Positions 28,301 to 41,237 of a stretch of DNA of 64,000 nucleotides are shown piece by piece. Each line of letters begins with the position of its first letter. Within the stretch, counting starts at the first letter, position 1. The stretch comes from Acidimicrobiales bacterium. Lineage in GTDB: Bacteria; Actinomycetota; Acidimicrobiia; Acidimicrobiales; Bin134. The stretch is taken from contig OZ220474.1 of the NCBI GenBank assembly GCA_965115985.1, positions 988,909-1,052,908 on the forward strand. Direction: 5' to 3'. The translations under genes were made by a program, and so were the position numbers. The notes beneath the pieces were generated by a model, which was given only the letters and a program-made list of their open reading frames with translations, made no database searches and was not told where the DNA came from.

Positions 28301-30487
28301 ATCGGTGATCGGCACCGAAAACGTCCTCGACGTGTGACCGGCGCCGAACGTCACCCTCGTGGCCGCGTCGTTGTCGAAATCACCATCAGCAGGAACAGCC
28401 GCCCCCGAAGCGGTGCCGTCCACGTAGGAAACGTTGAACCGGACCCGCCGACCGAACGCCTCCGCCACGCTGATCGTCACCGACGCGTTCGACCCCTCGG
28501 TGACCGCCACCGCCGTCGGTATCGCCACCGGAATCTTCCCCGCGACCGTGATCACCACCGTGGCAACATCGGAGTTGCCGTTACCATCGGAGGCGGTGAC
28601 AATCATCGTGTAAACACCCGCCTCGGAGGGAGTGAACCGCAACCGAGCATCACCCAACTCGACACCCTCGGGCAACGCCGGAGCCGACTCGCCCACCTTG
28701 CGAGCCCACGAATACGACACCGTGTCACCATCGGCATCGGCGGCCGACGCGATGACATTCACCTCCTGGCCCACCTTCGCCGACACCGCCCCCAACGCCG
28801 CCAACACCGGCGACGAATCGTCATCGTTGATCGTCACCGTCGCCGACGAAATATCCATCCCCCACCCAGAAGGCAACGACGTCTTCGGCGCCAACGTCAC
28901 CGTGAACGTCTCCGCCTCCTCGTCGAGATCGTCATCGGTGATCGGCACCGTGACAGTAGCGACCGTCCACGCGCCGGCCGGGAGCGTAACCTCCGTCACC
29001 GCGTCGTTGTCGAAATCACCATCCGACGGAACAGCCGCACCCGAAGCAGTACCATCCGTATAAGAAACAGTCAAAACCACCGGCGAAGGTACGGCGGCCG
29101 CAAACTCGCGCGCACCAATAAGCATGCTCACATTGTTGCCCTCGGTCACCGAATACTTGGCATACTGAATCGTCACCCGGAACGGCGCGGCAACAGTAAT
29201 CACCACCGTGGCGGTGTCGGAATTACCATTACCATCCGACGCGGTAACCGTCATCGTATACGTACCCACAGCACCAGCAGTGAAACTCAACGTCGCGACA
29301 TCCAAATCGGTATCATCGGGCAACGCCGGCGACGTCTCGCTGCCATCACGAGTCCACACGTAAGAAACCGTGTCGCCGTCCGCGTCGGTGGCGGTCGCGT
29401 CGACGCTCACCGACTGGCCCACCTTCACCGACACCGCGCTCAACGACGGCAACACCGGCGACGAATCGTCATCGGTAATAGTCACCGTCGTCGACGCATT
29501 GCCCAACGCGAACCCCGACGGCAACTCCGAATCGTCCGCCACCGCAACCGACACCGTGAACGTCTCGTCCTCCTCGTCCAAATCATCACCAGTAGTCGGA
29601 ATCGAAATCGTCTTCGACGTATCACCCGAACCGAACACCACCTCCGTCACCGCATCATCATCGAAATCACCATCCAAAGGATCAGCCGCACCCAAAGCAG
29701 AACCATCGGAAACAGACACATCAAAAGTAACCGAACTACCAAAAGCCGAACCCACACTAATAGTAACCTCCGCATCAGAACCCTCGACCACCGACACCGA
29801 AACAGGCACCGACACCGGAGTAGCAGTAGCAGTAGCAGTAGCAGTAGCAGTAGCAGTAGCCGGTGGTGCAACCGTTATGATAGCTCCACCAGCTTCTAAA
29901 AGTGCAAGTGGTGAGAGGGTTTTTAATGATCCTACTGCAATAACCATTCCTTCACTTGGCACTTGTAGACCAGCTCTAGTATAGTTTTCTCTGATCCAGC
30001 TACCATCAGGCTTAACAGCGACATTTGCAAGAGACTCCAGTAAATGTTTAGTGCAGGAAGCGACAGTTACCTTAAGTAGGTCTCCATCTGGGGGATAATC
30101 ACATTTGATTAGCGTTAATGAAGCTGGCCTGTTCGTTTGAGGGTTAATATAAGTCCAACCCGTACCGATTAGAGTGAACGAATATTTACCTGCTTTCGGG
30201 ACGGTTGACTTGCAAGTACTCTTATCATTCTTATATGCTTCATCTTGCACACAAGCAGTAACATCCTGCAAAGTTTCAGGAAAAAAACTAGGAGTCGGGG
30301 ATGCAGTAGGAGTTGGAGTCGCCCCTTGCGCCGAGACGAACCGGTCGCTGCTCTCGACGGGCTCACCGGCCCACTCCACGACCCGGATGGGCTCACCCGA
30401 CCACACCATGACCACCAAAGCAATCATCAAAATCAACCGCCTCCTGCTCCCGAACAAACCCTGCGAACGCGAAGTGGTTGATTCCAT
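22394..30487 (-). CDS. Giant secreted/surface repeat protein (2697 aa) with alternating Calx-beta and cadherin-like (Ig-fold) modules
   Basis: N-terminal signal/TM (RRRLILMIALVVMVWSG). About 11 Calx-beta units (FTVSYTDGTATGAxDPxDGDFDNDAVT...VPITDDDLDExAExFTV) alternate with about 12 cadherin-like units (ATDADGDTVSYxWxR...PALP...FTPTxAGTYTMTVTASDGNGNSDTATVVITV). An acidic D/G/N/T linker sits near the C-terminus. Confidence 0.85.
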   Translation of the reverse strand: MESTTSRSQGLFGSRRRLILMIALVVMVWSGEPIRVVEWAGEPVESSDRFVSAQGATPTPTASPTPSFFPETLQDVTACVQDEAYKNDKSTCKSTVPKAGKYSFTLIGTGWTYINPQTNRPASLTLIKCDYPPDGDLLKVTVASCTKHLLESLANVAVKPDGSWIRENYTRAGLQVPSEGMVIAVGSLKTLSPLALLEAGGAIITVAPPATATATATATATATPVSVPVSVSVVEGSDAEVTISVGSAFGSSVTFDVSVSDGSALGAADPLDGDFDDDAVTEVVFGSGDTSKTISIPTTGDDLDEEDETFTVSVAVADDSELPSGFALGNASTTVTITDDDSSPVLPSLSAVSVKVGQSVSVDATATDADGDTVSYVWTRDGSETSPALPDDTDLDVATLSFTAGAVGTYTMTVTASDGNGNSDTATVVITVAAPFRVTIQYAKYSVTEGNNVSMLIGAREFAAAVPSPVVLTVSYTDGTASGAAVPSDGDFDNDAVTEVTLPAGAWTVATVTVPITDDDLDEEAETFTVTLAPKTSLPSGWGMDISSATVTINDDDSSPVLAALGAVSAKVGQEVNVIASAADADGDTVSYSWARKVGESAPALPEGVELGDARLRFTPSEAGVYTMIVTASDGNGNSDVATVVITVAGKIPVAIPTAVAVTEGSNASVTISVAEAFGRRVRFNVSYVDGTASGAAVPADGDFDNDAATRVTFGAGHTSRTFSVPITDDDLDELAESFTVRIAPVGSLPSGFTLGNSSATVTITDDDSSPVLADLEDVSAKVGEAVDVRARATDADGDTVSYSWARDSSESVPALPDGTSLNRARLRFTPTEAGTYTMTVTASDGNDNTDTATVVITVAAATVVSVPTAVAVTEGSDATVTITTAAAFGEAVSFTVSYTDGTATGAANPSEGDFDNDEVTEVVFGAADTSKSFTVPVTDDDLDELAESFTVSVAVDEDSELPDGFVLGNTSATVTITDDDESPVLPSLSAVSAKVGESVSVDATATDADGDTVAYAWVRDSGESSPALPDGTDLDVATLSFTAVAAGTYTMTVTASDGNGNSDAATVVITVTTATPVSIPAAVAVTEGGDASVTITTGEAFGEAVSFTVSYTDGTATGAADPSEGDFDNDAVTTVSFPATGTTKLFTVPITDDDLDEEAEKFTVTVSATLPSGFVLGNASSMVTITDDDSSPVLADLEDVSVKAGQAVSVTASATDADGDTVTYAWVRKSGETSPALPESTDLGVAELGFTPTSAGTYTMTVTASDGNGNSDTATVVITVAAASVVAVPAAVAVTEGSDGSVTITTAAAFGEAVSFTVSYTDGTATGASDPSDGDFDNDAVTTVVFPASVTSKSFVVPVADDDLDEAAESFTVAISSAALPAGFVLGNSSATVTITDDDSSPVLPSLSAVSVKAGQEVTIDATATDADGDTITYTWVRKASESAPALPDGTALGAARLQFTPAEAGTYTMTVTASDGNGNSDTATVVITVAAKTVVSVPTAVAVTEGTDTAATVTITAAEAFGEAVSFDVSYTDVSATGAGDPADGDFDNDAVTTVAFSAADTSKSFTVPISDDDLDEAAESFTVTVASSRVLPAGFTLGNASTTVTITDDDASPVLADLDAVSVKVGQAVSVTASATDADGDTVSYAWARKVGETVPALPAGTALGSAGLGFTPTTAGTYTMIVTASDGNENTDTETVVVTVNPATVVSIPAATTVAEGSDATVTITTGEAFGEAVTFTVSYTAGTATGAGNPTNADYDNDAVTTVAFGAADTSKTITIPITDDDLDEPSESFTVVVASTGLPAGWVLGNASSAVTIGDDDESPVLADLGDVVVKVGQTVDVTASATDADGDTVSYQWARKVGETVPALPAGTTLNSAGLSFVAATTGTYTMVVTASDGNGNTDTATVVVTVNPATVVSVPAAVAVTEGTDETATVTITTAEAFGAAVTFTVSYTDGTAGGAADSTNGDYDNDAVASVVFAAADTSRTIVVPVTDDDEMEGAETFTVTIAPTAPLPAGWVLGNATTTVTIGNDDRTVLVTVKVGQEVNVVESPADGDGGTLSWAWVREQGETAPPLPAGTVLNRARLRFTPTTVGVYTMVVTATNPGGETSSRATVIITVVADTPVTVPAAVAVTEGADTAAVVTIEVGDPFNEEVRFNVAYTDNTAGGTADPATAGTATGSGDPGGGDYDDDEVVEVVFDPGVASRAVAIPVFDDDVDEGSESFVVRVSPVGELPDGFTMGNASSTVTIVDDDHSPVLKPLPDVRVKAAQEVDVTASAADADGDPVTYAWARRDGEVTPPLPEDTVLDGPRLRFTPTEVGTYTMVVTASDDHGNTGTATVVVAVVSTLRFGADDTSVDISVPIPDDDLYEDVETITVVIEPVSTLPDGFVLGNATATVTVLDDDHPPELEPIGDVTIRPGQEVDVTAVATDGDDEDTITYTWVRADDETEPALPRATVLNRARLRFTPTETGTYTMTVTASDGNENTDSRTIVITVASNDTPTTGTGATTQNDGDDDTGNDGGDTNNDGDTGNDGGDDDDTSGDGGDEGHEEEDAAPVLFPINDVTIEVGQRADVTASAFDPEGTTVTYAWARADDETEPALPDDTTLDTARLAFTPTEAGTYTMTVTATDAAGNTTARTVTITAVTDSVVSVPDAVTVTEGTDATATVTITIPEPFGETVAFTIRYAHTYNTE
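29820..29861 (-). repeat. Hexanucleotide microsatellite (GTAGCA)6-GTAGCC encoding (AT)7
   Basis: Read directly. It translates as PPATATATATATATATPVS at the boundary between the AT-rich N-terminal domain and the repeat array. Confidence 0.95.
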
Positions 30488-30706
30488 GACTATTCCTATC
30501 GTCCAACCGTGCTAATACATGACCACCCAACGCCACAAACACCGCGCCGCCGACCCCGACCCGCTGAGCACCTCCCGGAACCGGCAGCCACCGAGGGACG
30601 ATCCACCGAAGATGCGAACCACCACACCGGCGAGTACCTTCCGGAACCGGGACCCACTACGGGATTCACCGCGCCCCCCGAAACCATCACCACCGCACCA
30701 GAAATT

Positions 30707-30721
30707 GGGGGGGGGGGGGGG
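30707..30721. repeat. G15 homopolymer upstream of the adhesin gene
   Basis: I counted this directly. It lies about 220 nt upstream of the adhesin start (30487), in the spacer before fbaB. Confidence 0.95.
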
Positions 30722-30937
30722 CGTGACTCAGCCCACAGGGAAAACAGGCAGCCCTTCCCGAGGCTGCACGGCCAGAACCCAGCACAGCAGCAGCCATAAC
30801 CTCGCGATCACCATCTCCGGCCGACCGCAAGCACTTGGCGGGTTCCCCTCTCGAACCTAAGATGCCCACAAGCTACAACCTCAATAATTCCAACGCAAGA
30901 GCGATCCAAATTGGAGTTGCCCCGGGTGGATCTCGGG

Positions 30938-31987
30938 CTAGGCGATGCTCACTTCCTCGGAGAGGTACACGTCCTGGATGGCATTGAGCAATTCGATGCC
31001 GTCGGCAATGGGTCGTTGGAAGGCCTTGCGTCCGCTGATCAGGCCGAGGCCGCCGGCTCGCTTGTTGATCACCGCGGTGCGTACCGCTTCGGCCAGATCA
31101 CCGGCCCCCGACGACGCCCCGCCGGAGTTGATCAGCCCGATGCGACCCATGTAGCAGTTGGCCACCTGCCAGCGGGTCATGTCGATGGGGTGATCGGTGG
31201 TCAGCTCGTCGTAAACCAATGGATGGGTCTTGCCGAATCCCACCGCGTCGTAGCCGCCGTTGTTCTCGGGAAGCTTCTGCTTGATGATGTCGGCTTCGAT
31301 GGTCACCCCGATGTGGTTGGCCTGTCCGGTGAGGTCGGCGGCGGCGTGGTAGTCGATGCCGTCCACCTTGAAGTCGGGGTTGCGGAGATAGCACCACAAA
31401 ACGGTGAACATCCCGCACTCGTGGGCCCGGTGGAAGGCCTCGGCCACTTCCTGAATCTGGCGGGTGGCCTCGGCGGAACCGAAATAGATGGTGGCCCCCA
31501 CCCCGGCCGCACCCAGATCGTAGGCCTGCTCGACCGATCCGAACATCACCTGGTCGAACTTGTTGGGGCAGGTGAGCAGTTCGTTGTGGTTGAGCTTGAC
31601 GATGAACGGGATGCGATGGGCGAACCGCCGAGAAGTTGCTCCCAGCACCCCGAAAGTGGAGGCCACCGCGTTGCAGCCCCCCTCGATGGCCAACTCCACG
31701 ATGCCCGCGGGGTCGAAGTACCGAGGGTTCGGAGCAAAAGATGCCGCCCCCGAGTGCTCGATACCCTGGTCCACCGGCAGGATGGACACGTAACCGGTGC
31801 CACCCAGCCGACCGTGGTCGAAAAGGCACTGGAGGTTGCGCAGCACCTGGGGAGAGCGATCGGTGGGCACCATTACCCGATCGATGTAATCAGGGCCGGG
31901 AAGGTTCAAGTCCTCACGGGCAATGGTTTGGGATTGGTGGGATAGGAGCGATTCAGCCTCGTCGCCCAACAGTTTTTCGATGTCCAC
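30938..31987 (-). CDS. fbaB: Class I fructose-bisphosphate aldolase (FbaB/DhnA type)
   Basis: It resembles E. coli FbaB as I recall it along the whole length ([14 protein letters not shown]..., [70 protein letters not shown]). GTG 31987 is preceded by aaggagag. The track ORF over-extends to 32563. Confidence 0.9.
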   Translation of the reverse strand: MDIEKLLGDEAESLLSHQSQTIAREDLNLPGPDYIDRVMVPTDRSPQVLRNLQCLFDHGRLGGTGYVSILPVDQGIEHSGAASFAPNPRYFDPAGIVELAIEGGCNAVASTFGVLGATSRRFAHRIPFIVKLNHNELLTCPNKFDQVMFGSVEQAYDLGAAGVGATIYFGSAEATRQIQEVAEAFHRAHECGMFTVLWCYLRNPDFKVDGIDYHAAADLTGQANHIGVTIEADIIKQKLPENNGGYDAVGFGKTHPLVYDELTTDHPIDMTRWQVANCYMGRIGLINSGGASSGAGDLAEAVRTAVINKRAGGLGLISGRKAFQRPIADGIELLNAIQDVYLSEEVSIA

Positions 31988-32061
31988 CGTCTGTCTCTCC
32001 TTTGAACCAGGGGCCGATGCTCTCACCATAGCGGCGCGCCGAAACCATCGGGGACTTGTCC

Positions 32062-32182
32062 CCGAGCAAAAGCTCACCGGAGGGCAGACAACCTCTCGGC
32101 CACGTCCGAGGTTCCAAGTCACCACCTCCAACCCGTCCGAGCAAAAGCTCACCGGAGGGCAGACAGCCTCTCGGCCACGTCC
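32062..32182. repeat. 46-nt duplication (period 75) of the 3' end of the TPR-protein gene
   Basis: ccgagcaaaagctcaccggagggcagaca(a/g)cctctcggccacgtcc occurs at 32062-32107 and 32137-32182. The real stop (32149) is in copy 2. Confidence 0.85.
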
Positions 32183-33630
32183 ACGTAAAGCTCGTCCTGG
32201 TCGTTCAGCCATCTGAAAATATCCCGGGCCCGGGGGACGTCCCCGGCCCGCTCGCACAAGTCGGCCAGGGCATAAGCCTGGCGCAGGTGGTGCTCCTTGG
32301 CTCGACGGGGAAGCCGAAAGCCCTCCGACAGCAAGCCCACGGCTTCGATCAGCCTCCCCTGGTCGCCCAGCGCGCCCGCGGCCACGATCCGGCCTTCGAT
32401 CAGCACCGCGGCGCTCACCCTCGAGGCCTTCAACTCTTCCCACAACTCTTCCACGTCGGCCCACCGACGTTGGGCCCGGTGGCAGTCGGCCAGAACGGGG
32501 TGAAGGTCGGTACGGCCGGTGAGCCTTCGCAAGGCCTCCAACTCGACAATCGCCGGTACCCACCGGCCCAATCGGTACAGGGTCAGGCCTGCCAACTCCC
32601 TGACCTCGGGAACCTTGAGGGCTTGTTCGGACAAACCATCCAAATCCCTCCAGGCCTTGCCATAATCCTCCTGCTCGTAGGCAATCTCGGCCCGATCCAA
32701 CCGTCGCCGGAAATGGACCGCCATCCGTTGGCCCACCGCCTCCTCCAACTTCTGGGCCGCAGGAGCTCCACCGTCTCCGGGCAACCGTGCACGATTACGT
32801 CTCCGAGGCGATTCGTCCGGTGGACGACTCGGTTCGTCGCCAAGATTGCCCCGTTGGACGGCTTCCCGGGCCTCGTCCCGCAACTCCTGGGTGCGGGCTT
32901 GGCGAGCCGCCCGCCGTTCGGCCCGCAAGCGGGCCTGCTCGGCCTCCTCCTCCGACAGCTCGCCGTCCTCGGACTCTGCTTCGACCTCGGGCTCCAGAGG
33001 CGGCTCCAGCACCTTGGCCCCACCCTTGCGAGCCACCGCCCCCATCCCTCGCGGCCCCTTCGGCACGGGCGGCAACGACTCGTCCCGCGACCCCCTCGAC
33101 CCGGACGACGGCCGACCCCGCGACCCCTTCGGCCCACCCCCCATAGGCTTTTTGCCCCGAGGCGGACCGGACGACGACGACTCGTCCCGCGACCCCCTCG
33201 ACCCGGACGACGGCCGGCCCCGTGACCCCTTCGGCCCGCCCTCCGTGGTCTTGTGGCCCCGAGGCGAACCGGACGACGACGGCCGGCCCCGTGACCCCTT
33301 CGGCCCGCCCTCCGTGGTCTTGTGGCCCCGAGGCGAACCGGACGACGACGGGCGGCCCCGTGACCCCTTCGGCCCGCCCTCCGTGGTCTTGTGGCCCCGA
33401 GGCGAACCGGACGACGACGGGCGGCCCCGTGACCCCTTCGGCCCGCCCTCCGTGGTCTTGTGGCCCCGAGGCGAACCGGACGACGACGGGCGGCCCCGTG
33501 ACCCCTTCGGCCCGCCCTCCGTGGTCTTGTGGCCCCGAGGCGAACCGGACTTTCGCCGATCCTGATGGGCTCTATTCTGATGGCCCCCCCGCCGTGGAGG
33601 CTTACGGGCTGAACCTCCACCGGAAGACAT
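32149..33630 (-). CDS. Protein with a basic, 23-aa-repeat disordered N-terminal half and a TPR-like C-terminal domain
   Basis: ATG at 33630. Five [23 protein letters not shown] repeats come first. The helical-repeat C-terminus is [17 protein letters not shown]...[27 protein letters not shown]. Confidence 0.65.
   Translation of the reverse strand: MSSGGGSARKPPRRGGHQNRAHQDRRKSGSPRGHKTTEGGPKGSRGRPSSSGSPRGHKTTEGGPKGSRGRPSSSGSPRGHKTTEGGPKGSRGRPSSSGSPRGHKTTEGGPKGSRGRPSSSGSPRGHKTTEGGPKGSRGRPSSGSRGSRDESSSSGPPRGKKPMGGGPKGSRGRPSSGSRGSRDESLPPVPKGPRGMGAVARKGGAKVLEPPLEPEVEAESEDGELSEEEAEQARLRAERRAARQARTQELRDEAREAVQRGNLGDEPSRPPDESPRRRNRARLPGDGGAPAAQKLEEAVGQRMAVHFRRRLDRAEIAYEQEDYGKAWRDLDGLSEQALKVPEVRELAGLTLYRLGRWVPAIVELEALRRLTGRTDLHPVLADCHRAQRRWADVEELWEELKASRVSAAVLIEGRIVAAGALGDQGRLIEAVGLLSEGFRLPRRAKEHHLRQAYALADLCERAGDVPRARDIFRWLNDQDELYVDVAERLSALR
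33222..33550 (-). repeat. 69-bp in-frame tandem repeat, about 5 near-identical copies
   Basis: gtgaccccttcggcccgccctccgtggtcttgtggccccgaggcgaaccggacgacgac... starts at 33222, 33291, 33360, 33429 and 33498. Confidence 0.9.
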
Positions 33631-33707
33631 CGCCCCAGCCTACCGTGACGACCACCAGAACAGAATCAAACCAGCAAAAAACAAATAATGGCGAGAAATA
33701 AATAACA

Positions 33708-33733
33708 GCGGGGAGCCAAATGGCTCCCCGCTG
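33708..33733 (-). terminator. Rho-independent terminator of the rRNA operon
   Basis: Perfect hairpin agcggggagcc-aaat-ggctccccgct immediately 3' of the 5S gene. On the minus strand it is followed by a T-rich run (gttatttatttct...ttgtttttt). Confidence 0.65.
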
Positions 33734-33742
33734 TTTGCGAAA

Positions 33743-33859
<117 letters not shown>

Positions 33860-33944
33860 CCTATATGTTCTTGTTCACGAGGTAGTGCCCAAAGAACTCC
33901 ATAGCGAGCACAAGCACCCGTCCGAATATCAAGTTAATGATATA

Positions 33945-37040
<3,096 letters not shown>

Positions 37041-37282
37041 AGATTCAAATATCGAAGAACTCTTATTTCGATCAGATGCTCGTGCTCGCTATGCAGTTCT
37101 CAAGGGCCACAAGAGGGTACCTTGAAACAGTAATACCAAACAGTAGTACCGTTCCGGTAGAGCCTCGAGCGTGAAAATCACGCTCCCTCAAAACGGAAGA
37201 GAGAACAAGAGCAGCCAGTGCATCAACTGGGAGTATCCGAACTTGACATCACCATTTGGTGGCACCAAGCGGAAACGGAACT

Positions 37283-38800
<1,518 letters not shown>

Positions 38801-39167
38801 TCAACATCTCCGGCAGTTCCTCCCCAAAGGGATTTGCCGCCTTCGATCAGATGCCCGCCTCGCTTCATTGCCTCGGCAAGACAGGGCGATTCCGGAAAGC
38901 CATGAGACACCCAGCCGTTGCCGACCGGAGCCTCGGTGAGGGCCTGAGCCCTCCCTGGCTTGGTTTCCTTGGAATTGTGTCAGGTCGACGACTTCGACGC
39001 GAGGTGCGCCGGGTCATCGCCCGCACTGGCTTTTCCGTCCTCTCTTCCGTTTTCAAGGAGCGTGAGACGGTGACCCTGACGGGAGAACCGCATCGCCCGG
39101 ACGAGCCGGGACTTCGCTCTGCCTCGGCGTGGAGCCCGAGGGCCACCCGTTTTTGAGGCGAGTTGTC

Positions 39168-39197
39168 ACGCTACCGGCGGGTACCCGGCAATGTCAA
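39168..39197 (-). promoter_or_regulatory. Candidate rrn promoter (-35 TTGACA, 18-nt spacer, -10 TAGCGT)
   Basis: rc of 39192-39197 = ttgaca and rc of 39168-39173 = tagcgt. It lies about 370 nt upstream of mature 16S. This rests on pattern only. Confidence 0.35.
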
Positions 39198-39282
39198 CCC
39201 GAAATGGCATTTCGTCGCGATATTTTTTTGGTCGGCCCGAAACGGCATTTCTCGCGGCCTTCATTCGACCCTCCTGTGGGGC

Positions 39283-40599
39283 TCAACCAGGAGCGCAACC
39301 AGCCCCGCTGCCGGGGAGCACCCGTAGCAGGTGGTGGCGGCGCTTGCCCCGTCTGAGCAGCAGGTAGCGCCCGTGCAACAGGCGATCGGCCGCCACCGTC
39401 GGCGCTTCCCCGGAAACCCGTTGGTTGTTGACGTACACCGACCCCTCCGACAAACCCCGGCGGGCGTCGCCCTTGGACGAGGCCAGCCCGGTGGCGGCCA
39501 GCAACTCCACCAGGTCGAAGCAGTCGGCCTCGGGATCGAAACCGCCCCCGGGAGCAAGGGGGACGTCGGAGGTGGGCACCTCGCCGGCCACGGCCTCGAG
39601 GGTCGCCTCGTCCACATGCTCGATGGGAGAGCCGAACAGGACCCGGGCCGCCTCCTCGGCCGCGGCCGCCGCCGCCGGTCCGTGGACCAGGGAGGTCACC
39701 TCGTCGGCCAGCACCCGCTGGGCCTCCCGGCGACCGGGATCGCGTCGATGGGCCTCGACCAGATCGGCTATATCGCCCACCGCCAGCATGGTGAACCAAA
39801 GCAGGCTCCGCTCCACGTCCTCGTCGGCCACCTGCACGAAGTACTGGTGAAAGCGGTAGGTACTGGTGCGCTCGGGATCCAGCCACACCGCACCATCGGC
39901 GGTCTTGCCGAACTTGGCCCCGTCGGATCGGGTGAGCAGAGGCCAGGTGAGGCCGTGAACCTGGGTGCCGGAGCGACGGCGGATGAGGTCCACCCCCGCG
40001 GCAATGTTGCCCCACTGATCGGAGCCGCCGATCTGAAGTTCGCAGTGGCGATGAGTGTGCAACCACCAGAAGTCGTAGGCCTGCAACAGCATGTAGGTGA
40101 ACTCGGTGAAGGAGATGCCGGTATCGCTCTGCATGCGGGTGCGCACCGAGTGCTTGGCCACCATCTGGTTGACGGTGGCGTGCTTGCCGGTGTCCCGCAG
40201 GAACTCGATGAGCGTGAGGTCACGGGTCCAGTCGTAGTTGTTGACCAGTTCGGCATCGCCGTCGAAGTCCAGCAGCTTCTGCAACTGCCCTCCGATCCCG
40301 GCCAGGTTGGTCGCCAATGTGTCACCGTCCAGCAGATTGCGCTCGTCGGAACGCCCGCTGGGATCACCCACCATGCCGGTGGCCCCACCCACCAGGGCTA
40401 TGGGCCGGTGTCCGGCCTCCTGGAACCGCCGCAGCACCAGTACCCCGATGAGGTTGCCCAAGTGCAGGGAGCTGGCCGTAGGGTCGATACCGTGATACAC
40501 CCCGACCGGGCCGCTGCTCAACCGGTGGGCCAGCAGGTCCCGGTCGGTGGTGTCCTGCACCAGGCCTCGGGATTCGAGTTCTTCGAGCACCGGGCGCAT
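39283..40599 (-). CDS. tyrS: Tyrosyl-tRNA synthetase
   Basis: MRPVLEELESRGLVQDTT..., HIGH-type GIDPTASSLHLGNL, KMSKS-type KFGKT and a C-terminal S4-like domain. ATG at 40599; the track ORF over-extends to 41016. Confidence 0.95.
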   Translation of the reverse strand: MRPVLEELESRGLVQDTTDRDLLAHRLSSGPVGVYHGIDPTASSLHLGNLIGVLVLRRFQEAGHRPIALVGGATGMVGDPSGRSDERNLLDGDTLATNLAGIGGQLQKLLDFDGDAELVNNYDWTRDLTLIEFLRDTGKHATVNQMVAKHSVRTRMQSDTGISFTEFTYMLLQAYDFWWLHTHRHCELQIGGSDQWGNIAAGVDLIRRRSGTQVHGLTWPLLTRSDGAKFGKTADGAVWLDPERTSTYRFHQYFVQVADEDVERSLLWFTMLAVGDIADLVEAHRRDPGRREAQRVLADEVTSLVHGPAAAAAAEEAARVLFGSPIEHVDEATLEAVAGEVPTSDVPLAPGGGFDPEADCFDLVELLAATGLASSKGDARRGLSEGSVYVNNQRVSGEAPTVAADRLLHGRYLLLRRGKRRHHLLRVLPGSGAGCAPG

Positions 40600-40622
40600 G
40601 CTAGGAGAGTAGACCGCCGCGG

Positions 40623-40756
40623 GAGAACGAGAACATGAAAGCCCGACGCTCGACGGGAATGACTGGGCAGGAAAACGAGAACACCAATGCCCGACGCTCG
40701 GCGGGAATAACCAGGCGAAAGAACGAGAACATGAAAGCCCGACGCTCGACGGGAAT
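40623..40756 (+). repeat. 48-bp-period triplication of the start region of the downstream membrane-protein gene
   Basis: (g/a)a(g/a)aacgagaaca(tgaaa/ccaat)gcccgacgctcg(a/g)cgggaat occurs at 40623-40660, 40671-40708 and 40719-40756. Copies 1 and 3 carry ATG (40635, 40731). Confidence 0.85.
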
Positions 40757-41237
40757 AGTTGGGATAGCCATAGTCGTGTTGTTCGCGGCGTTCTGGATCG
40801 GGGCCACGATCTGGTTCTTCGGCGATGAGAACCCCGACCGCCTGGAGGATCGGGAATGGGTTGCCGGTGCCGAGGCCCGGTGCGCCCAGGCCCGGGACGA
40901 ACTCGACGAGCTGCCCGCGGCCCGTGATGCCGAGGACCTGGCCGACCGAGCCGACCAGATCGAGGCGTCAACCGCCCTGCTGGCCGGGATGGTCGCCGAC
41001 CTGGCTGCCACCGCACCCGGGGGGGCTGACGGCGAACTGCTGGGGTTGTGGTTCGGGAGTTGGGAAATCTATCTGGGGGATCGCCGGGCCCACGCCGAAG
41101 CTCTCCGGGCCGGCGATGATCGCCGGTTCAGGGTGAGTGTGGACCCGGAGCGCAACGAGGGTGTGGATGCCCTGCTGGATGCCTTCGCCGACCGCAACCG
41201 GATGCCCTCCTGCGGCGACCCCCTGGACATCGGCTAG
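40731..41237 (+). CDS. Hypothetical N-terminally membrane-anchored protein
   Basis: MKARRSTGIVGIAIVVLFAAFWIGATIWFF (one TM helix), then a soluble domain. The start could instead be the ATG at 40635 in repeat copy 1 (same frame). Confidence 0.5.
   Translation: MKARRSTGIVGIAIVVLFAAFWIGATIWFFGDENPDRLEDREWVAGAEARCAQARDELDELPAARDAEDLADRADQIEASTALLAGMVADLAATAPGGADGELLGLWFGSWEIYLGDRRAHAEALRAGDDRRFRVSVDPERNEGVDALLDAFADRNRMPSCGDPLDIG

Noticed and set aside
22400-29800. A possible CRISPR array or other non-coding repeat array, given the strong periodicity.
   Set aside because: The period is about 630 bp, the whole region is one open reading frame, and the units are protein domains. The short junction duplications elsewhere have only 2-4 copies, no unique spacers of CRISPR size and no cas genes.
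24968-29899. Long plus-strand ORFs (24968-26359, 28334-29899 and many of 60-200 aa) antisense to the adhesin gene.
   Set aside because: They are periodic mirror images of the coding repeats, rich in R/H/G or S/T/V. The minus-strand frame carries coherent Calx-beta and cadherin-like domains and a signal peptide.
30938-32563. Long 5' extensions of track ORFs: fbaB to 32563, argF to 57966, tyrS to 41016, pyrG to 9915, korA to 17234, argJ to 60974, argR to 56651.
   Set aside because: The extensions are low-complexity and overlap neighbouring genes or junction repeats. Family-typical N-termini with plausible starts (often with an SD or 4-nt overlaps) occur downstream.
32583-33620. Alternative 345-aa minus-strand frame through the 69-bp repeats ([23 protein letters not shown] units).
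   Set aside because: That frame does not continue into a structured domain. The chosen frame (32149-33630) runs from an ATG through the repeats into a TPR-like C-terminal domain with ordinary composition. The choice within the repeat region itself remains somewhat uncertain.
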